64,000 bases of DNA from Akkermansia sp. (GTDB lineage Bacteria; Verrucomicrobiota; Verrucomicrobiia; Verrucomicrobiales; Akkermansiaceae): NCBI GenBank assembly GCA_045614705.1, contig JAZLDM010000017.1, positions 5,263 through 69,262 on the forward strand, read 5' to 3'. The notes beneath the pieces were generated by a model. The model searched no databases, was not told where the DNA came from, and saw only the letters and a program-made list of their open reading frames with translations. Each line of letters starts with the position of its first letter. Position 1 is the first letter of the stretch. Positions 44,964 through 53,964 of the stretch are shown in pieces. The translations under genes and the position numbers were made by a program.

Positions 44964-45143
44964 ATGAACACTCGATGGGGTAAAATCATTCGCAGCGTAT
45001 TTTTTGCTGCGCTGGGTGTGTTCTTTTTAATGTACGCACTCAATATGCCGCCCAGCGGTTACAGAATTGCCTTTTTTGCTTTTTTTGCACTTGATATAGT
45101 GTGGGCACTCTGGCTGCTGATATCTGCTATTCGTCAGCGCTGA
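44964..45143 (+). CDS. Small two-TM membrane protein (hypothetical)
   Basis: 59 aa from ATG 44964, with two hydrophobic helices, followed by a strong terminator. No promoter found; it sits right after a terminator, so it is uncertain. Confidence 0.4.
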   Translation: MNTRWGKIIRSVFFAALGVFFLMYALNMPPSGYRIAFFAFFALDIVWALWLLISAIRQR

Positions 45144-45168
45144 GGCACGCTGCTTAATTTGTTATCTA

Positions 45169-45206
45169 ACCGTTGCGGTCATGACACTGCAACGGTCGTT
45201 TTTTTT
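45169..45206 (+). terminator. Rho-independent terminator
   Basis: Stem ACCGTTGC (45169-45176) / GCAACGGT (45189-45196), followed by CGTTTTTTTT. Confidence 0.7.
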
Positions 45207-45241
45207 GAACGTCCGAACCTCTTTCGGTGTCTGAGTAGGGG

Positions 45242-45679
45242 ATGAAGACGTACCTGACAACAGTGGTAGTAATGGCGGCGGTATTAGTGGTATCGCTGCT
45301 TGTGGTGTTGCAGAGTCAGACGATACAGTATGGCCGATTTTCATGGACTCATGTTGGTTTCCTTCCCTTTACCGGCAAGGCATTGCATGTGGTGAAATAT
45401 GAAGATGAAACACTCTGTGCGCGTATGCTTGATGATACCGAAGCCCCATGGGTTCGGGCAAATGCTGACCGCACCCTTACGGTTTCATACGGGCGCGTAG
45501 GGCATGAGACCTCATTGCATTACTCCATTGACAAAAAGAATTTTGTGAATGAACCGCCCATGCACCTGTATGGGTTTGATGTTAATTTTGACTCCCTTGT
45601 TCAGGGTACGGAATCAGCAACTCATGGGAGCGAGGTTCGTACCTTCAGCCGCAGGGTTAATGCATGGGATAAAACGTAA
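45242..45679 (+). CDS. Hypothetical membrane-anchored protein
   Basis: 145 aa. N-terminal TM LTTVVVMAAVLVVSLLVVL. No recognisable domain. Confidence 0.5.
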   Translation: MKTYLTTVVVMAAVLVVSLLVVLQSQTIQYGRFSWTHVGFLPFTGKALHVVKYEDETLCARMLDDTEAPWVRANADRTLTVSYGRVGHETSLHYSIDKKNFVNEPPMHLYGFDVNFDSLVQGTESATHGSEVRTFSRRVNAWDKT

Positions 45680-45696
45680 ATTATTCTTTTGCGGGC

Positions 45697-45725
45697 TTGC
45701 AATTTTCTGACTGTTAGGGTATGAT
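45697..45725 (+). promoter_or_regulatory. Sigma70-like promoter in leaderless geometry (rimO)
   Basis: TTGCAA (45697-45702), 17 nt, TATGAT (45720-45725), 6 nt, ATG 45732. Confidence 0.55.
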
Positions 45726-45731
45726 TCGGGC

Positions 45732-47105
45732 ATGGCAGAGAAGTTTGCAATGGTATCGCTTGGTTGTGCCAAGAATTTGGTGGATTCTGAGGTGATGGTA
45801 GACCGCATGTTGGGCGCCGGTTATGAAAAATGTGAACCGGGGCAGGCCGATGTGCTTATTATCAATACCTGTGCATTCATTGACCCTGCCAAGCAAGAGG
45901 CCATAGATACCATATTTGCAGCAGCTCGTGCCAGAGAGGCAGGTGAGGCGCCTGCCAACCAGAAAATCATTGTCGCCGGCTGCTTGTCGCAGCGTTATGC
46001 GCAGGATTTGGTAAAAATCATGCCCGAGGCTGATTGCTTTGTCGGTGTGGACAAGGTGTGCGAAATCGCCGAAATTGTTGCGGCTTGCGTAGCCGGTACT
46101 GCTGAAAAGGTGTACAGCACCAAGGTGTCGAAACTCATGCCCGATTTTGGTGATACACGCTACCGCCTGACAGCGCCACACACGGCCTATGTGAAGATTG
46201 CCGAAGGGTGCAATCACGCTTGTGCATACTGTGTTATACCGCGTATACGCGGTGGGCACCGCAGCCGCCCGCAGGCCAATATCCTGCGCGAGGTTCGCGC
46301 TTTGGTGGAGAAGGGCTGCCGAGAAATTAACCTCATCGCGCAAGATACGACCTACTACGGTATGGATAAGTGGGAGCAGAAAGCCGGTAAGACCAGCGGT
46401 GTGGATTCCAGTCGCGGTGAGTCGCTGGCTACCCTACTGCGTGCTATCAATGACCTACCCGGTGATTTCTGGGTGCGTGTGCTCTACACTCACCCGGCAC
46501 ATTGGAGCCGTGAGCTCATAGAGGTGTTCGCCACCTGTGACAAAGTGGTGAAATATGTCGATATTCCCTTGCAGCACATTTCTGCCCATATTCTTGAGGA
46601 ACAGCGCCGCAAGACGGATGGTGACTACATTCGCAATCTTATTCGCGATTTGCGTGAGGCTGTGCCCGGTATCGGTTTGCGCACGACTTTTATCAGTGGT
46701 TTGCCCGGCGAGACGGAGGAGGACCACGCCGAGCTTCGCGACTTTATTCGTGAGTTCCGTTTTGAGCGTGCCGGGGTATTCCCCTATTCGCGAGAAGAAG
46801 GCTCACTTGCCGCCAAAATGAAAGGGCAGGTTCACCATGCAACCCGCAAGCGCCGCGCAAACGAGCTTTCCATGATTCTCGCCGGAATTGCAGATGAAAT
46901 CGGCCAGGAGTGCGTGGGTACTACTTTGCGCGTGTTGGTGGACGAGCCCGGTATCGCTCGCGGCCCGTGGGATGCACCCGATGTCGATGGCTCTATTCAC
47001 GTCAATCCCGCATTGCCTGTAGGCGAGTTTGCCGAGGTTTCCATTGTTGATTCCATTGCGTACGAGCTTTTTGCTGAAGGCGCGGAGGAAATCCCGGAGG
47101 ATTAA
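45732..47105 (+). CDS. rimO: Ribosomal protein S12 methylthiotransferase RimO
   Basis: FAMVSLGCAKNLVDSE (UPF0004 domain), radical-SAM CNHACAYC, and a C-terminal TRAM domain. Confidence 0.88.
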   Translation: MAEKFAMVSLGCAKNLVDSEVMVDRMLGAGYEKCEPGQADVLIINTCAFIDPAKQEAIDTIFAAARAREAGEAPANQKIIVAGCLSQRYAQDLVKIMPEADCFVGVDKVCEIAEIVAACVAGTAEKVYSTKVSKLMPDFGDTRYRLTAPHTAYVKIAEGCNHACAYCVIPRIRGGHRSRPQANILREVRALVEKGCREINLIAQDTTYYGMDKWEQKAGKTSGVDSSRGESLATLLRAINDLPGDFWVRVLYTHPAHWSRELIEVFATCDKVVKYVDIPLQHISAHILEEQRRKTDGDYIRNLIRDLREAVPGIGLRTTFISGLPGETEEDHAELRDFIREFRFERAGVFPYSREEGSLAAKMKGQVHHATRKRRANELSMILAGIADEIGQECVGTTLRVLVDEPGIARGPWDAPDVDGSIHVNPALPVGEFAEVSIVDSIAYELFAEGAEEIPED

Positions 47106-47133
47106 CGAGTAGGTAGCACTTGCACCGTTGAGT

Positions 47134-47820
47134 TTACTCTTCGGTTGGCTCTTCGTCACGCCCGAGCATCGTTCGCGTTTCGCGGATGGTTTTCCGGTAA
47201 TAGTCCTGATGACTGAAGATGCGCGGCTTTTTGGTTTTGTCCTTGCGGCTCTCGAAATAGCCGCTTGTAATGTCGCGCGATACGTCACTGCTGTAGCCGG
47301 TGCTGTAGGTGTGGGCGGGAGAGAAGTCGTCGTATGCGCGGCCATCTTGTTCGGCTCGGTTGTCTGAGCTGATATTGGCAGCATCATCCCTGCTGAATAC
47401 ACCCTTGGTATCGCTCATGAAGGCGGGGCGCAGGTCGGTGCTGTAGGCGCTGTTGCGGAAGGTGCCACCGAAGGGCTCCCCGGTATCGAATTTTTTATTG
47501 GCGTCTCGGAAGTCCCGCTCGGATCCGCTGAAAGTTTTTGTTCCGCCGAATACGCTGGTGCTGAATGTTTTGTCGCTTTTGCGCGCGGCGTCTATATCCT
47601 TCTGATAGCGGCTGACTTTTGACGAGGTTGATTCAGGTACTCCATCCTTATTTTTAGAGCGCGTGACTTCGGAGTCGAAGGTGTCCTGCATGTAGGACTC
47701 CAACGAGCGTTCTCCGCTGTGCTCTTTCACTTCGTTGCCATTGTGGTCGTAAACCGTGCGCACCGTTTGGCAAGCGGGTAGGGCGAACAGGCAGAGGGTG
47801 AGGGGGAGTATGCGGTTCAT
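47134..47820 (-). CDS. Lipoprotein, hypothetical
   Basis: MNRILPLTLCLFALPAC lipobox. The rest is a polar, low-complexity Ser/Asp/Arg/Thr-rich sequence. Starts 13 nt after the ankyrin gene. Confidence 0.6.
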   Translation of the reverse strand: MNRILPLTLCLFALPACQTVRTVYDHNGNEVKEHSGERSLESYMQDTFDSEVTRSKNKDGVPESTSSKVSRYQKDIDAARKSDKTFSTSVFGGTKTFSGSERDFRDANKKFDTGEPFGGTFRNSAYSTDLRPAFMSDTKGVFSRDDAANISSDNRAEQDGRAYDDFSPAHTYSTGYSSDVSRDITSGYFESRKDKTKKPRIFSHQDYYRKTIRETRTMLGRDEEPTEE

Positions 47821-47833
47821 GGTCAGGACTTGG

Positions 47834-48757
47834 TTAGTACAAGGAGCCACCGGTGGCTCCGCAGGTGAGTAGGTAGGATTTTACCTGCGCGTTGGAGACG
47901 ATATCGAAAGGTTTCTTCCCGCTGTAATCGGTGGCATTTATGGCGGCACCGGCATTGAGCAGGAGCTGAGCTTGATGAATGGTCTGGCAATAGAAAAGCG
48001 GTGTGCGACCCAAGTTGTTTCGAGCGTTGACCCGGGCGCCTGCTGCCAGTAAGTTAGGTATCAGCTCAGCCGGCGCAAAGTGCAGGGGCGTGTTGCCTTC
48101 GCTGTCCACCTGCAGCGGGTTTGCGCCACTGAGCAGCAGCGATTGGGCTATGCTGAGTTTTTTTGCATTCTCGGCAGGGGCTTTTAAGGCAGCCATCAAG
48201 GGACTTTCTCCATCGGTTATACGACCGTAGTCGGGGGATGCACCGCGGGAGAGCAGTAGATTGCAGGCGTCAATGTGCATATTGCCCGCAGCCAAATACA
48301 GCGGGGATTCACCCCGGGAGTCCGGGCGATTGGGATCGGCGCCACCTGCAAGCAGCATGCTGACAGCTTGCGTATTTCCATTGACCGCAGCGTTGCACAG
48401 AGCATTGCGGTGGGTACTGCCGCTGCCTATATTGGCATCTGCCCCGGCTTCGAGTAGCACGCGTATCACCTGTTCATTATCGGTCTGCGCTATGGCACTT
48501 CCGGTTTCAACCTGCCCGTTGCGTATGATTTTGCCGACCGGCTGAGCTCCCCGCTTTAATAATTCGCGGGCAACCTCGGGGCTCGATGCCTCTGCCAACA
48601 GGGTGGTGCCGTAGTGGTGAATCTCGCAGTTTGTCAGTGCGTGTACCTGTGCCACTGTAGTGGCGTGCGGCTGCGGTACCAGCCTGTAGTCATCGGGGCA
48701 GGTGCAGTTGCTCAGTCCTATGGCGAGCAGCGGGGCTAGTGGCAGCAGGTGTTTCAT
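47834..48757 (-). CDS. Ankyrin-repeat lipoprotein
   Basis: MKHLLPLAPLLAIGLSNC lipobox, then about 7 ANK-like repeats (G-x-TPLH/..LL..GA.. periodicity, e.g. EGNTPLHFAPAELIPNLLAAGARVNARNNLGRTPLFY). Confidence 0.8.
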   Translation of the reverse strand: MKHLLPLAPLLAIGLSNCTCPDDYRLVPQPHATTVAQVHALTNCEIHHYGTTLLAEASSPEVARELLKRGAQPVGKIIRNGQVETGSAIAQTDNEQVIRVLLEAGADANIGSGSTHRNALCNAAVNGNTQAVSMLLAGGADPNRPDSRGESPLYLAAGNMHIDACNLLLSRGASPDYGRITDGESPLMAALKAPAENAKKLSIAQSLLLSGANPLQVDSEGNTPLHFAPAELIPNLLAAGARVNARNNLGRTPLFYCQTIHQAQLLLNAGAAINATDYSGKKPFDIVSNAQVKSYLLTCGATGGSLY

Positions 48758-48764
48758 CCTATTC

Positions 48765-48794
48765 ACTTTAACTTGTCGCACTATGTTTCGTCAA
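48765..48794 (-). promoter_or_regulatory. Sigma70-like promoter in leaderless geometry (ankyrin gene)
   Basis: Minus strand: TTGACG (48794-48789), 18 nt, TAAAGT (48770-48765), 7 nt, ATG 48757. Confidence 0.45.
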
Positions 48795-48821
48795 GCCAAA
48801 AAGCTGTGTTACATACAACTG

Positions 48822-49523
48822 CTACTCGTTCAGCTGTGTTAGTGTTGCTGATTCCGGTCGTGCGGCATCGCGGTTGCTCAGTTGCAGGTTCAGGCGGTGG
48901 GTTCCGGCTTCCAATCGATAGAGCTCGGTGAGCGTGTTCTTTTCCTGCACGGTTTGTTCTGACCAGATGGGGTGCGCGAGCGAATCGTTCCTGCGGGGGC
49001 AAAATTCCCCATCGTAAGCCCCGATTTCCCAGCGCAGGGCATAGAGACCGCGTTTGGGGGCATGCAGCAGCACTTCTGAGTGTAGGTAGCCCTCGGTGTT
49101 TTTGTGTAGTTTAATAGGGTGTGCCTGCGGGGCGGTGATAGCGTTCATTGTACCAGGTTCGGCTTCTATGGCCGGTTGGTATTTTTTACTTTGGCGGTAA
49201 AGGTTGATAGGGTGAAGGGTGTAAAAAATATAGTGAATGACGAACATGATAGCTGCCCAAACTGCCCACCACAGTAGGGCTGTCTCGCCCGCCGCCGGGT
49301 TGCCGTTCACATACTGCCAGCCCACATAGCAGCCAAAGAGGGCCGTTACGAAAATCCCCGGTACCTTCAGTCCCAGTACCCACAGCGGGTTGAGCAGGCA
49401 GCGCAGGTAGCAAAAGGGGCTCAGCAGTACCCCGGCCAACAACACCATACGGGCACTATGCCGCATGCCGGCGCTTAATATGCTCTCTAATTCTTCCTGT
49501 GTGGCCTGCGGTGGTATGGTCAT
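48822..49523 (-). CDS. Hypothetical polytopic membrane protein with a C-terminal soluble domain
   Basis: 233 aa from ATG 49523 (MTIPPQATQEE...). About 4 TM segments, then a ~110-aa domain. Start chosen by promoter geometry; the longer ORF-track version would overlap the symporter gene. Confidence 0.55.
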   Translation of the reverse strand: MTIPPQATQEELESILSAGMRHSARMVLLAGVLLSPFCYLRCLLNPLWVLGLKVPGIFVTALFGCYVGWQYVNGNPAAGETALLWWAVWAAIMFVIHYIFYTLHPINLYRQSKKYQPAIEAEPGTMNAITAPQAHPIKLHKNTEGYLHSEVLLHAPKRGLYALRWEIGAYDGEFCPRRNDSLAHPIWSEQTVQEKNTLTELYRLEAGTHRLNLQLSNRDAARPESATLTQLNE

Positions 49524-49529
49524 GCCGTG

Positions 49530-49558
49530 ATTGTAGCACATATCGGCAGGGTAGACAA
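49530..49558 (-). promoter_or_regulatory. Sigma70-like promoter in leaderless geometry (membrane protein gene)
   Basis: Minus strand: TTGTCT (49558-49553), 17 nt, TACAAT (49535-49530, preceded by TGC), 6 nt, ATG 49523. Confidence 0.55.
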
Positions 49559-49650
49559 GCAGGAGCTCTGCCCTCATGGCGGAAAAAGCGCGCTGCCCAT
49601 ACGAGCAGCGCGCTTTGCAAATGGATGTTGTTTTTCTACTCCTGTATTCT

Positions 49651-51795
49651 TTACCAGAAGATGTAGTAGAGAGCAAGAGTTGCAATCACAACGGCCAGAC
49701 CGAAAGCCTTGGCGCGGCCGGAGGTCTTCATCTCGATGATGCCCTTGTCGCCCAGAACAACGGCCTCGCCGCCCTTGAGAGCGTTCACGATGGTCAGGAT
49801 AGCACCCACCACGCATACCACGATGAGCGAGTAGCCCATGCGGTTGAGGAAGGAGCTGTCGGTGCAGCCCAGAATGCTCACCCACTTAAAGGCGGCGAAG
49901 GAGGCAGCACCAATCAGAATACCCAGCCAACCGAAGATGCGCGGGCACTTGGGCACGAAGAAGCCGAACAGGAACACGGCCAATACACCCGGGCTCAGGA
50001 AGCCCTGGAACTCCTGAATGAAGGTGAAGATACCACCGAAGGCAGGGTTGTCCAAGAAGGGGGAAATGACGGTTGCGATGACGGCGCATACCAGCACGCC
50101 AACCTTACCCATGGCAACAAGCTGCTTGTTGGTGGCAGGCTTGCCGGCTACCTCCTTAGCCTTCGCATAGATATCCATGGTGAAGAGGGTGGAAGCGGAG
50201 TTGAGCATGGAAGCCAGGGAGCTCACTACAGCACCGAACAGGGCGGCAAGTACGAACCAAGCCCAACCGGTACCCGGCAGCAGTTTGCGAAGCAGGGTGG
50301 CGAAGGCGTAGTCGTACTGATAGGCGGCCAGTGTGGTGGTTACAGTGTACTCAGCGGCATTGCTGCGTGCAGCCGCTGTAGCGGCCTTGTCGATGGCAAG
50401 AATTTCCTTAGCCTTGTTTTCACGACCGGCGATATCTGTAGCGGGCAAGTTTGCCAGCTCAGCAGCCTTGGCCTCTACTTCTGCCATCTTGTCAGTAGCA
50501 CCCACGGTGGTGAGGTTGCTCTTGATATAGTCGATGGAGGAAGCCGCGGAATCTTCGCGAACGAAGCGGCTGGCGGCGATGTCGTAAATGACCTTCTTGC
50601 CGCTTTCCTCGGCTTTCTGAATGATGGTGGCAGCATTGCTGTCGGCCTTAGCTGCAAGGTCATCGCGGTACAAGTTGTAGGCCAGAATGCCGGGGATGAT
50701 TACAACGAAGGGAATGAGCAGCTTCAGGAATGCGGCGAACACGATACCGAGCTGGCCTTCTTCCAAGCTCTTGGAAGCCAGGGTACGCTGCATGATGTAC
50801 TGGTTGAGCCCCCAGTAGAAGAAGTTCGGAATCCACAGACCCAGCAGGTACACGGTCCAAGGCATGGTGGGGTCGGTGCTCTCGCGCATCATGTGCAGCT
50901 TGCCGCCGATACCGTTTGTGGCGCCGCTCACCTCGCCGGCGTTCAGGTCCCACATGCGGGACAGGCCGTCGCAGAACTGGGAACCGGTGGAGGCCATGGC
51001 GTCTGCACTGGTGTTAGCGGTGCTAACGGCGGTAGCCATCACATTTTCGGGGATGGGGTTAAGACCGCCCAAGGCCATGATGGCGAAGTAGGCCACCACG
51101 CCACCGCCTACGATAAGAGCTGCACCCCAGATGAGGTCAGTCCATGCGCAGGCCTTCAGACCACCAACGTATACATACACGGTGGCTGCACCGGCAATGA
51201 TGAGACAGCCTACCGTCAGCGACAGGTTGAAGTAAACAGATACCACGCTGGCACCGGCGTAAATAACGGCTGCAGTGGGTACACCCACAAGAATGAGCAG
51301 GTTCACCAGAGCCATGGTTACACGGGCAATGCCGTTGTAGCGCTCCTCAAGGAACTGGGGAATGGTGAACACGCCGCGCTTAAGCAGCATGGGCAGGAAG
51401 GTGAAAGCTACAATCACCAGCACGATGGCTGCAAGCCACTCATAGCCGGCAATAGCAAGCCCCAGCCAGTCTGCGGACTGGCCGCTCATGCCTACGAACT
51501 GCTCGGTAGAGATATTAGCTGCCAGCAGGGAGAAACCCACGAGCCACCAGCTCAGGCCACGGCCGGCCAAGAAGTAGTCGGCTGCACCTTTTTCTTTTTT
51601 CTCTTCCGTGCTTTCGCCGGAGTCACCGGATTTCCAGATACCCAGACCGATTACGCCAACGACTACGATGCAGAACACAATCATCTCCCAGAGCGGGAGT
51701 GCCTCGGGTTCGGCAGCGGCGGTTGCGGCCTCCTGGGCGCTTGCACCCATGGCCAAGAGCGCCAGGGCGCTCAGTGTTGTCAGAATATGTTTCAT
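49651..51795 (-). CDS. Sodium:solute symporter (SSF/SGLT-like), probably a sugar (galactose?) transporter
   Basis: 714 aa. SSF hallmarks (ADYFLAGRGLSWWLVGFSLLAANISTEQFVG..., ...SSLASMLNSASTLFTMDIY). Lies 15 nt downstream of galK. Substrate is inferred only from that linkage. Confidence 0.85.
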   Translation of the reverse strand: MKHILTTLSALALLAMGASAQEAATAAAEPEALPLWEMIVFCIVVVGVIGLGIWKSGDSGESTEEKKEKGAADYFLAGRGLSWWLVGFSLLAANISTEQFVGMSGQSADWLGLAIAGYEWLAAIVLVIVAFTFLPMLLKRGVFTIPQFLEERYNGIARVTMALVNLLILVGVPTAAVIYAGASVVSVYFNLSLTVGCLIIAGAATVYVYVGGLKACAWTDLIWGAALIVGGGVVAYFAIMALGGLNPIPENVMATAVSTANTSADAMASTGSQFCDGLSRMWDLNAGEVSGATNGIGGKLHMMRESTDPTMPWTVYLLGLWIPNFFYWGLNQYIMQRTLASKSLEEGQLGIVFAAFLKLLIPFVVIIPGILAYNLYRDDLAAKADSNAATIIQKAEESGKKVIYDIAASRFVREDSAASSIDYIKSNLTTVGATDKMAEVEAKAAELANLPATDIAGRENKAKEILAIDKAATAAARSNAAEYTVTTTLAAYQYDYAFATLLRKLLPGTGWAWFVLAALFGAVVSSLASMLNSASTLFTMDIYAKAKEVAGKPATNKQLVAMGKVGVLVCAVIATVISPFLDNPAFGGIFTFIQEFQGFLSPGVLAVFLFGFFVPKCPRIFGWLGILIGAASFAAFKWVSILGCTDSSFLNRMGYSLIVVCVVGAILTIVNALKGGEAVVLGDKGIIEMKTSGRAKAFGLAVVIATLALYYIFW

Positions 51796-51810
51796 AAGTT
51801 TTTCCGTTGA

Positions 51811-52989
51811 TTAAGCTTTGTAAAGCACACGAGCACCTTCGCCCGGGCGGGTTACCAGGTAAGTGGTCTCGATACCGAGTGCCGTGCGGTAGGCCTCCAG
51901 CATTTCCTCAGCCACTTTCTCCACATCTTCGCTCTTCACCAGTGCGACGATGCAGCCACCGAAACCGCCACCCGTCATGCGGGCACCGTATACGGAGGCT
52001 GCGGAGGGGATGCTGTCTGCCAGACTTACCAAGGTGTCTACCTCGGCGCAGGAGACTTCAAAGTCGTTCTTCAGCGAATCGTGAGAGCTGCGCATGGCAA
52101 CGCCGGCAGCGTCCCAGTCACCCTTCTGCAGGGCGGTGGCGAAGGCCTCCACACGCAGATTCTCGCCGATGACGTGGCGAGCGCGGCGGTAGCACAGGTC
52201 GCCGAGTTCGGCTTTCTTCTCCTCAAGCATTTCAAGTGTAGCCTCGCGCAGGGAGGGCACGCCGAGCACTACGCAGGCGTCCTCACAGTTCTTGCGGCGG
52301 GCTGCATAGCCACCATCGGCGAGTGAGTGCTTAACGGCGGAGTCGATGACGAGCACGCTCACGCTCGGGTCGGTCATGGGGATGTGCTTGTAGCTGAGGT
52401 CCTTGCAGTCAAGCATGAGGGCGTGGCCTTCCTTGCCGTTGGCAGAGATGAACTGATCCATGATACCGCAGGGCACGTTCACGAACTCGTGCTCGGTAGC
52501 CTGGCCGATGAGGGCGCGGTCTGTCGGTGTGATGTCTACCCCGCAGAGAGCGGCGAGAGCAGTGCAGGCAGATACCTCAAATGCAGCACTGGAGGACAGG
52601 CCACCACCGCGCGGTACATTGGAGTCGATAAGCATATCCACTGCCGGAACTTTCACGCCACGGCGCTCCAGCATGCAAATGACGCCGCGCACATAGTTGC
52701 TCCAGAAAGGATCGCCGGGTTTTGTTACGTCTGCCGGGTCAATCTCAATCATCGTTTCACCCAGTGAGCCAATCCAGCGGTGTTTGCCGGTGGGGGAGGG
52801 GGCGACAGCTATCACGTTGATGTTGTTGAGGGCCATCGGCAGTACAAAGCCGTTGTTGTAGTCTGTGTGCTCACCAATCAGGTTCACGCGTCCGGGAGAG
52901 GCCGCCACTACTGTGGGCTTCTGGCCGAAGTACTCCTCGAAGTACGGGCTGATGGTTGCTGCACTGATTTCGCGTTGCTCTAAATCCAT
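51811..52989 (-). CDS. galK: Galactokinase
   Basis: [21 protein letters not shown] (galactokinase signature), GGGLSSSAA (GHMP motif), and MTGGGFGGC near the C-terminus. Confidence 0.95.
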   Translation of the reverse strand: MDLEQREISAATISPYFEEYFGQKPTVVAASPGRVNLIGEHTDYNNGFVLPMALNNINVIAVAPSPTGKHRWIGSLGETMIEIDPADVTKPGDPFWSNYVRGVICMLERRGVKVPAVDMLIDSNVPRGGGLSSSAAFEVSACTALAALCGVDITPTDRALIGQATEHEFVNVPCGIMDQFISANGKEGHALMLDCKDLSYKHIPMTDPSVSVLVIDSAVKHSLADGGYAARRKNCEDACVVLGVPSLREATLEMLEEKKAELGDLCYRRARHVIGENLRVEAFATALQKGDWDAAGVAMRSSHDSLKNDFEVSCAEVDTLVSLADSIPSAASVYGARMTGGGFGGCIVALVKSEDVEKVAEEMLEAYRTALGIETTYLVTRPGEGARVLYKA

Positions 52990-52998
52990 AGCGCGCGG

Positions 52999-53027
52999 AT
53001 TTTAGCAGATTTGCCATGCCAAGTAAA
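52999..53027 (-). promoter_or_regulatory. Sigma70-like promoter of galK (near-leaderless)
   Basis: Minus strand: TTTACT (53027-53022), 17 nt, TAAAAT (53004-52999), 9 nt, ATG 52989. Confidence 0.45.
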
Positions 53028-53084
53028 GCGCCAAGTACCCCTAAGTGATTTTTTTACAGTCTAAATGTGAGAGTTAGAGGTATT

Positions 53085-53963
53085 TCACCCCTCGGCAGCC
53101 AGTGTTAATATGTCCTCATCAGTGTAAAAACGATTGCTCATGGCAATGGGGACGAGTGGGCGGTGGTAGCGGGCTACATCTACGGCAAGCGCGTCTTCCT
53201 GCATGTGCAGTAGAGTGGCGCAGGGGCGCCAGCGCATGTTTTCGTATAGGGCATCAAGCTTGCTTTCTTCCCACTCTGTAACAAGGTCGCACAGCCAGCG
53301 CGGATAGCCTTCCGTGGTTCTTGGCGAAAAAGAATCCCCGTAACCCATCCATTTGTAGGGTAATTCTGCCGGGTCAAAGTGTAGATAGCCGCAGCAGTAG
53401 TCGAAGTCGCCCCAGCCACGGTAACCATGCTGTGGTAGCGTGAGCGTTGAATTTGCAGTTTCAGTGAGCAGGTGGAGCAAGTGGCGATTGGGGGTGATGT
53501 CTTGCGGTAGGGGACAGGTGGATTCCGGGTCTCGGAAGTTGAAGTCATACCCGGGTACGCAGTGCTCGCGCATGAGCAGACACAGGGCGAAGTCATCGTG
53601 AACAGGGAGACCGCAGTAGTTGATACGGCGGGTCGGGAGGGCTCGCGCTATGTCGATAGCGATTGCGGTGGCGTACGCCTCCAGTCCGTATACGGATGGT
53701 GTGTATTCGTACTCATGCTCCAGCGCGTAACTGGCCCAGCGGTTCCAAAAACTTATACGCTCGATGATGTAGTCGGGTAGGGGGAGATTGTGTAAATCGA
53801 CGGTGTCGCATGAATCTCGCAGCTGTAAGCACGCGCTGTTGGAATTCATTGCGCAACAGAGCGTGAGCGGGGGCTCGGCTCTCTCTCCGAAGAACTCGAG
53901 CTCCTCACGCCGGTTGATGCAGCCATTGAAACGGTTGCTGCGGAACAGGGTTCGTAGTTGCAT
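53085..53963 (-). CDS. Hypothetical protein (Cys/Trp/Tyr-rich), starts 1 nt after the mscS stop
   Basis: 292-aa ORF with no recognisable motif. The tight junction with mscS suggests co-transcription. Confidence 0.5.
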   Translation of the reverse strand: MQLRTLFRSNRFNGCINRREELEFFGERAEPPLTLCCAMNSNSACLQLRDSCDTVDLHNLPLPDYIIERISFWNRWASYALEHEYEYTPSVYGLEAYATAIAIDIARALPTRRINYCGLPVHDDFALCLLMREHCVPGYDFNFRDPESTCPLPQDITPNRHLLHLLTETANSTLTLPQHGYRGWGDFDYCCGYLHFDPAELPYKWMGYGDSFSPRTTEGYPRWLCDLVTEWEESKLDALYENMRWRPCATLLHMQEDALAVDVARYHRPLVPIAMSNRFYTDEDILTLAAEG

Positions 53964-53964
53964 G

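Noticed and set aside
49576-51810. 744-aa ORF on + antisense to the symporter
   Set aside because: Shadow ORF. The minus-strand product has clear SSF transporter topology and motifs.
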